A DNA stretch of 46,550 nt from Spartobacteria bacterium (GTDB lineage Bacteria > Verrucomicrobiota > Verrucomicrobiia > Chthoniobacterales > Terrimicrobiaceae): the NCBI GenBank assembly GCA_947499885.1, contig CANMQB010000001.1, positions 1 to 46,550 on the forward strand, read 5' to 3'. Made by a program: the position numbers and the translations under genes. Positions 41,532-46,550 of this stretch are shown piece after piece; the stretch's first letter is position 1; every line of letters begins with the position of its first letter. The notes under the pieces are model-generated. The model saw only the letters and a program-made list of their open reading frames with translations, did no database searches and had not been told where the DNA came from.

Positions 41532-42860
41532 ATGAGTTCGCTTATGCGAGATGTTTGGAACACGGCAGCCCTAGCTGCAAAGGATAAAGAGTATCTCTGG
41601 CATCCCTTCACTCCAATGCGCGAATGGTGTGCGAAAGATCACTCCCCGCTTGTTCTTGTTCGTGGTGAGGGTGCAATGCTTGAGGATAGTGATGGCCATC
41701 GCTATCTTGACGGAAATTCCTCGATCTGGACGAATATCCATGGTCACGCGCATCCCAAAATAAATCGCGCAATCCGGGATCAACTTGAGCGCGTGGCTCA
41801 CGTTTCCTTTCTTGGAGCCACGAATCCCCCTGCGATTGAATTGGCTGAGAGACTTGTCGGCTTTTTTCCTCAAGGAACGCTACAGCGTGTTTTCTTGAGT
41901 GACGATGGATCCACCGCAGTGGAAGCCGCGATGAAGATGACTATTCAGTTCTGGCAAATGGAGGGCTACCCAGCGCGTTCACGGTTCATTGCTTTTGATA
42001 ATGCCTACCATGGCGATACGCTTGGGGCCGCGAGCCTTGGTGGTATAAACGCATTTCAACGTCGCGTGGCGGGTCATGAATTTCCCGTAACACGCGTCAG
42101 CGGCCTCTATGAACTGGATTCCATTTCTGGATTTGATCATGGAGACGTGGCAGCTGTCGTCATCGAGCCTTTGATTCAAGGCGCAGCCGGCATGCGGACA
42201 TGGCCGGACGGAATGCTCCGAGATTTGAGGAAAAAGTGTGATGCGGCGGGCGTTTTTCTCATTTTGGATGAGGTCATGACAGGGTTTGGGAGGACTGGAG
42301 CAATGTTTGCCTGCCAAAGAGAGGATGTGATCCCGGATTTTCTCTGCCTTGCCAAGGGGCTTACGGGTGGTTACGTGCCGCTTGCCGCAACGCTGACCAC
42401 GGAGAGGGTTTTTGAGGCCTTCTTGGGGAAGGTGGAAGATGGGAAGACCTTTTATTATGGTCATAGTTACTCTGGAAATCCTGTTGGCTGTGCCGCGGCT
42501 CTGGCGAGTCTCGATGTTTTTCAAGATGAGAATGTGCTCGAAAATCTTGCGCCGAAAATTGCTCGCTTGAGGGAGTTGCTGGCCGATTTGAGGAGTGAGC
42601 CAGGCATTTACGAAACGCGCCAGTGCGGGTACATCGCTGGGATCGAAGTGCGGCGAAGGAATGGTGAAGCCTTTCCTTGGATGAGGCGGGTTGGTGCTCA
42701 GATCTGCTTGGCGGCAAGGAGGCATGGTCTTTTGACCCGGCCTGTTTTGGATACCATCGTGTTCATGCCTCCGCTGTGCGCCACGCTCGAGCAGGTTGAA
42801 TCTGGCATTGCCGCAATTCGTACTGCCTGTCGGGAAGTTCTGGTCGCTGCGGAAACTTGA
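41532..42860 (+). CDS. bioA: Adenosylmethionine--8-amino-7-oxononanoate transaminase
   Basis: DKEYLWHPFTPM, SDDGSTAVEAAMKM, YHGDT, LILDEVMTGFGRTG and the PLP lysine context LCLAKGLTGGY are all present. Confidence 0.94.
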   Translation: MSSLMRDVWNTAALAAKDKEYLWHPFTPMREWCAKDHSPLVLVRGEGAMLEDSDGHRYLDGNSSIWTNIHGHAHPKINRAIRDQLERVAHVSFLGATNPPAIELAERLVGFFPQGTLQRVFLSDDGSTAVEAAMKMTIQFWQMEGYPARSRFIAFDNAYHGDTLGAASLGGINAFQRRVAGHEFPVTRVSGLYELDSISGFDHGDVAAVVIEPLIQGAAGMRTWPDGMLRDLRKKCDAAGVFLILDEVMTGFGRTGAMFACQREDVIPDFLCLAKGLTGGYVPLAATLTTERVFEAFLGKVEDGKTFYYGHSYSGNPVGCAAALASLDVFQDENVLENLAPKIARLRELLADLRSEPGIYETRQCGYIAGIEVRRRNGEAFPWMRRVGAQICLAARRHGLLTRPVLDTIVFMPPLCATLEQVESGIAAIRTACREVLVAAET

Positions 42861-42873
42861 TTTCCTGTGAGGG

Positions 42874-43545
42874 CTAGCGGCCGGCTTTCTCGGCTAGGAT
42901 TCCCTTGGCTATCGATTCAGCGAGCTTCTGGCGAGTGGCTGTACTTTGGAGCTTACGATTCTCCGATGGGTTTGAAACAAACCCAAGTTCGCAGAGGACA
43001 GCCGGGCGCTTGTTGTTTCTCAGCACATAAAAACCGCGCCTTTTGATATCGCGATTTTTTGCGCCGTAGACTTTTAAAATTTCTCGCTGCAGATTCGCCG
43101 CAAGACGGGAACTGCGCGGGCTGTAGTAGAAAGTTTCCACCCCAGACGGTTTGCTGCTCTTGGCCCAGTTAAAGTGTACGCTAACAAAGATCACGTTCTT
43201 CAGGCGGTTGGAGGATGCGACGCGTTGGTCCAAGGGAATAAAGCCATCGGTAGTGCGTGTCTCCACAACACGCAATCCGGAGGAACGAAGAATCCGGGCG
43301 GCCCTTCTTGTTGTATCGAGGGTAAGCATTTTTTCCGGCATGCCGCTCACGGATCGGGCTCCGGCGTCATGCCCTCCATGTCCGGCGTCCAGTACGACGG
43401 TGTCGAAGAATCCCGCAGGCTGGAGACCTCTTTGGAACCGGAATGGCGCAGAACTTTGACAACCGCTGAGGCAAATGATCGCAAGCACGGAAGTGACGAA
43501 AGCCACAGCTCGGGCTAGATGGCGTTTTTGACTTTTTGTATCCAT
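42874..43545 (-). CDS. N-acetylmuramoyl-L-alanine amidase (Amidase_3), lipoprotein
   Basis: The lipobox is ICLSGC. Also present are VVLDAGHGGHDAGA, VSVHFN and GFVSNPSE. Confidence 0.9.
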   Translation of the reverse strand: MDTKSQKRHLARAVAFVTSVLAIICLSGCQSSAPFRFQRGLQPAGFFDTVVLDAGHGGHDAGARSVSGMPEKMLTLDTTRRAARILRSSGLRVVETRTTDGFIPLDQRVASSNRLKNVIFVSVHFNWAKSSKPSGVETFYYSPRSSRLAANLQREILKVYGAKNRDIKRRGFYVLRNNKRPAVLCELGFVSNPSENRKLQSTATRQKLAESIAKGILAEKAGR

Positions 43546-43661
43546 GAGATTCGTCCCTAAGCACGATCACACACCGTGCAGAGCTAAGATAGAAACCGAT
43601 GAGTCGATGGCGCAATCATTTTAGTCTGGATTTCACCGGCAACGCGCGGATTGTTGGCAGG

Positions 43662-44432
43662 ATGCTGGCCAAACGTGTGATTCCGTGTCTGGACGTGACC
43701 GATGGTCGCGTGGTGAAGGGAACAAAATTTCTCAATCTGCGCGACGCGGGTGATCCCGTGGAGTGTGCAAAGATGTATGACAGCCAAGGGGCCGATGAGC
43801 TTGTGTTTTTGGATATCACCGCCTCCAGCGATGGACGGGCTACTATGGTCTCGGTGATCGAGCGTACTGCGGAACAATGCTTCATGCCGCTCACGGTCGG
43901 TGGAGGTATCCGAGCTGTGGAGGATTTCCGAACGATGCTCCGTGCCGGTGCCGATAAGGTGAGTGTGAATACTTCCGCGCTTGAGCGACCCAAGCTCATC
44001 TCAGAAGCGGCTGAGGCTTTCGGTTCGCAATGTGTGGTGGTCGCTGTGGACGCCAAGAGGGATGGCCCTGGAAAATGGCGAGTCTACACGCATGGCGGTC
44101 GTCGGCCCACGGAGTACGATGCCATCGCATGGATTATTGATGCCGCGAAGAGGGGCGCGGGAGAGATTCTGCTCACAAGCATGGATGCCGATGGAACCTG
44201 TGGAGGATATGATTTGGAACTCACTCAAGCCGTCTCACGGGCCGTTGGTATTCCTGTCATCGCAAGCGGAGGCGCTGGCGAACTCAAGCATCTGGCTGAT
44301 GTTTTAAATGAGGGTGGCGCCGATGCTGTATTGGCCGCAAGCATTTTTCATTTTGGAAAACACACTGTGGCCGAGGCTAAAGAGTACCTCGCCTCTCGAG
44401 GCTTGCCGGTGAGGAAACCATCCGACAATTGA
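43662..44432 (+). CDS. hisF: Imidazole glycerol phosphate synthase cyclase subunit HisF
   Basis: [38 protein letters not shown] and the tail ASIFHFG all match. The ATG at 43662 matches the canonical N-terminus. Confidence 0.96.
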   Translation: MLAKRVIPCLDVTDGRVVKGTKFLNLRDAGDPVECAKMYDSQGADELVFLDITASSDGRATMVSVIERTAEQCFMPLTVGGGIRAVEDFRTMLRAGADKVSVNTSALERPKLISEAAEAFGSQCVVVAVDAKRDGPGKWRVYTHGGRRPTEYDAIAWIIDAAKRGAGEILLTSMDADGTCGGYDLELTQAVSRAVGIPVIASGGAGELKHLADVLNEGGADAVLAASIFHFGKHTVAEAKEYLASRGLPVRKPSDN

Positions 44433-44459
44433 TAGGGTAATGGGGTTTTTAAAAATACG

Positions 44460-44906
44460 ATGAATCGATCCGATTCCACATTCACCCCAGAGAGTGTCAC
44501 TGAAGCCTTGAGGCGCGAGGGATTACGGATCACACGCAACCGGCGTTGTATTTTGCAGGCTTTATTTGAATCGGTTCGTCCGATGAGTTTGCAGGAGATA
44601 CAGTCAGCAGCCTCAGTGCATGAGGGGTCTCGTCCGGACTACGCCACGGTATTTCGAATGATTATGCTGATGGAAAAGCTGCGCCTTGTTCACAAGGTGA
44701 ACTTGCAGAGATCCTGTAGCTATTATGAGATCAGCGACCCACGTAAGCACTACGACCATCTCGTGTGCCGAAGTTGTGGGAATGTGGTTCTGATAGACAC
44801 GCCCTGCCCAATTGGAGATGCGGAGGAAAAAATTGCTCTCCAGTATGGGTTCCGTGACTTAAGCCACTCGCTTGAGTTTTTTGGTGTCTGCGCGACTTGC
44901 CCCTAA
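44460..44906 (+). CDS. Fur family transcriptional regulator (metal specificity not determinable)
   Basis: The winged-helix N-domain is LRITRNRRCILQALFES. The metal site has HYDHLVCRSCG and a C-terminal CATC (two CxxC pairs). Confidence 0.86.
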   Translation: MNRSDSTFTPESVTEALRREGLRITRNRRCILQALFESVRPMSLQEIQSAASVHEGSRPDYATVFRMIMLMEKLRLVHKVNLQRSCSYYEISDPRKHYDHLVCRSCGNVVLIDTPCPIGDAEEKIALQYGFRDLSHSLEFFGVCATCP

Positions 44907-44976
44907 AAGCGAATTTCGGCTGGATCGAGCCTGCTGAGAGGTGTGGTGAGGCACTTCGAATGGCTGGAATAAACGA

Positions 44977-45011
44977 AAAGACCCGCTCAGCTATTAGCTG
45001 AACGGGTCTTT
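44977..45011. terminator. Bidirectional intrinsic terminator between the convergent fur-family and hup genes
   Basis: AAAGACCCGCTCAGC (loop TATTA) GCTGAACGGGTCTTT forms a ~14-bp stem with one mismatch. On the minus strand (hup transcript) it is followed by TTTTCGTTTATT. On the plus strand the stem already ends in TCTTT. Confidence 0.72.
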
Positions 45012-45028
45012 CCTGAAGCAGGAAGAAA

Positions 45029-45298
45029 CTAGATCGATGCTTTGAAAGCTTTTCCGGGAACAAAGCGAACCGACTTGGAAGCCTTGATCTTGATTTTTGC
45101 CTTAGTCTTTGGATTCACTCCAGTGCGGGCTTTGCGATTGCTGATCTTAAAAGTTCCGAAGCCGATGAGCTGAACGGTTTTTGTTTTTTTGACGCCAAGT
45201 TTGATGCCGTCAATTACTGCGTTCAAAGCACGCTCTGCATCTGCTTTGCTGGAACCGAGGGTTTTTTGTATTGCTACGGTGAGTTCAACTTTATTCAT
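45029..45298 (-). CDS. hup: HU family DNA-binding protein
   Basis: This 89-aa sequence has MNKVELTVAIQK...GFGTF...RKARTGVNPKT...F.PGKA, the canonical HU/IHF fold signature. Confidence 0.94.
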   Translation of the reverse strand: MNKVELTVAIQKTLGSSKADAERALNAVIDGIKLGVKKTKTVQLIGFGTFKISNRKARTGVNPKTKAKIKIKASKSVRFVPGKAFKASI

Positions 45299-45406
45299 GG
45301 TTTTGTATGGGTGTTGGAGTTGGGTTTGGAATGAACTGACTTTGCTAGAGCAACAAATGACGGCCTTCCTGTCAAGCTGGGCGGGTGATTTGGCGTAATT
45401 TTTTTT

Positions 45407-46550
45407 TTAGTTCGATTCGTCGACAGGAACGATGGGCGGACTGCTTGGTTCAGACTCTGGAGATGATTCTGGCTGTGGGACTGGGGGGGTGGCCTTGGTG
45501 TTGGCTGACTTTTTATAAATTTCCTTAAAAATTTTCCCAATGATTGGAGCGGCGTGAGAGCCGCCTCCAGTCTTCACTCCCGGCTCCCCTTCGTAGAGAG
45601 CGGCAAAGGAATATTTGGGAGCATCCGCAGGTAAAAAACCCGCAAACCATGCTGCAATACGTTGGCGGTCCGTTGGTCCCCATTGGGCTGTTCCAGTTTT
45701 CCCGGCAACCTCGATGCCTTTCACAGCGGCTTGGTGAGCGGTTCCCATCGCATCGCTGGTGACACCCACTAGGGCACGCCGGAGTTCATCTCGCACGTCT
45801 GGTGAGACGGTGATTTCTTCACGGATCCGATCGGGATAGGCGGCGATGACTTTGTTGTCGATGGATTGCACTTGGAGAACCAAACGCGTTTGATGCAAAG
45901 AGCCACCATTGCCAATCACACTCATAGCTTGGGCCATTTGAAGCGGGCTGATGAGAATGTCGCCTTGGCCAATGGACAGGTTTGCAACGTCGCCGCCCTT
46001 GAGTGTGCGTTTGTGAACGCGGAGCATGTACTCGTCGTCAGGAATGTTGCCGGAAGACTCCGAGCGCAACGGGATGCCAGTGCGGCGGCCGAGGCCAATA
46101 CGTTTGGCATAATCGATAATCGGTGCGGCGCCCATTTTGAGTCCAGCTTGATAGAACCAAGTGTTGCAGGATTGGGTGAGGGCTTGTTTGAAATTTAATC
46201 GACCGGCATCGACTTTTTTCCAGTTTCGGAACGTGTGGTCGCCGACAGTGAAGGACGTTGGACACGGGAAAGTTTCTTTTGCAGTGATGCGTCCACTCTC
46301 GAGTCCGGCAAAACCCACGAAAGTTTTGAATGTGGATCCTGGCGGGTAGGCGGAGCGGTATGCGCGTGGAACGAGCGGGTCGGCTGGATCGTTGGAATAG
46401 CGGGCGAAGACATCGCGTTTCACTGTCGGAACAAAATCATTTGGGTTAAAGGATGGATAGGAAGCCATCGCTAGAATTTCCCCATTGTTCGGATCGAGGA
46501 CTACAACAGCTCCGCGGCTCGTGTTTTTAGCGAGTACTTTTTCTGCTTCC
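45407..46550 (-). CDS. mrdA: Penicillin-binding protein 2 (transpeptidase), 3' portion only. The gene continues beyond the right edge.
   Basis: SxxK is PPGSTFK, SxN is SCN and KTG is KTGTA. The frame stays open upstream of the ORF-track Met (…EAEKVLAKNTSRGAVVVLDPNNGEILAMASYPSFNPN) to the window end. The tail is Pro/Ser/Glu-rich. Confidence 0.88.
   Translation of the reverse strand, partial: EAEKVLAKNTSRGAVVVLDPNNGEILAMASYPSFNPNDFVPTVKRDVFARYSNDPADPLVPRAYRSAYPPGSTFKTFVGFAGLESGRITAKETFPCPTSFTVGDHTFRNWKKVDAGRLNFKQALTQSCNTWFYQAGLKMGAAPIIDYAKRIGLGRRTGIPLRSESSGNIPDDEYMLRVHKRTLKGGDVANLSIGQGDILISPLQMAQAMSVIGNGGSLHQTRLVLQVQSIDNKVIAAYPDRIREEITVSPDVRDELRRALVGVTSDAMGTAHQAAVKGIEVAGKTGTAQWGPTDRQRIAAWFAGFLPADAPKYSFAALYEGEPGVKTGGGSHAAPIIGKIFKEIYKKSANTKATPPVPQPESSPESEPSSPPIVPVDESN

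Noticed and set aside
1-46550. Searched by eye for CRISPR arrays, IS elements or transposases, integrases, prophage genes, toxin-antitoxin pairs, restriction-modification genes and other defence genes.
   Set aside because: I found none. There are no regularly spaced direct repeats, no recombinase or transposase motifs and no long non-coding tracts. Every sizeable ORF is accounted for by housekeeping or conserved hypothetical genes.

Overview
Gene-dense, moderate-GC bacterial chromosomal segment: about 47 CDS, 1 tRNA and 1 decayed gene, with most intergenic gaps under 160 bp. It looks like the replication-origin neighbourhood. dnaA (11015-12361, minus) has two tandem consensus DnaA boxes and an AT-rich tract upstream. 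Gene orientation also switches there: every gene from 1 to 12.4 kb is on the minus strand and every gene from 13.0 to 18.2 kb is on the plus strand. Content is almost entirely housekeeping. It includes a GldA/F/G-like ABC transporter, an F-type ATP synthase cluster atpB-E-F-H-A-G without atpD/atpC, dnaA, tRNA-Leu(UAG), sufT, msrB and a long Hsp70 paralog. Further genes are manA, a Lon N-domain protein, an MBL hydrolase, 5-formyl-THF cyclo-ligase, a DEDDh exonuclease, DAHP synthase, nadB, panC and secG. These are followed by a FecR-domain protein with its small secreted partner, trxB, a GT4 glycosyltransferase, a DUF1858-rhodanese protein, an IscU/NifU-like scaffold, hemW and an FKBP isomerase. 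The right-hand part holds a chaA pseudogene, HDOD plus cheD, uxaC, hflX, folC, accD, comF, a CPBP protease, bioA, an amidase, hisF, a Fur-family regulator, HU and the 3' part of mrdA (PBP2). Many ORF-track starts are TTG/GTG over-extensions. I re-called them where a conserved N-terminus or an ATGA/GTGA stop-start overlap indicates the real start. I found no CRISPR array, transposase or integrase, phage genes, toxin-antitoxin pair or recognisable defence island, so I cannot support a clear-cut novel system here. The best leads, all modest, are these: (1) a translationally coupled exonuclease / unknown 422-aa helical protein / MidA-methyltransferase cassette sitting where dnaN normally follows dnaA; (2) an ~890-aa Hsp70 paralog with a non-canonical C-terminal half; (3) a FecR-domain envelope protein with eight tandem 15-residue Ala-rich repeats and no ECF sigma partner; (4) an orphan, translationally coupled cheD-HDOD pair; (5) a multiply disrupted chaA gene. 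Pro/Ala/Thr-rich tails on envelope proteins and the general gene set suggest a PVC-group or Verrucomicrobia-like organism, but that is a guess made without a database search.
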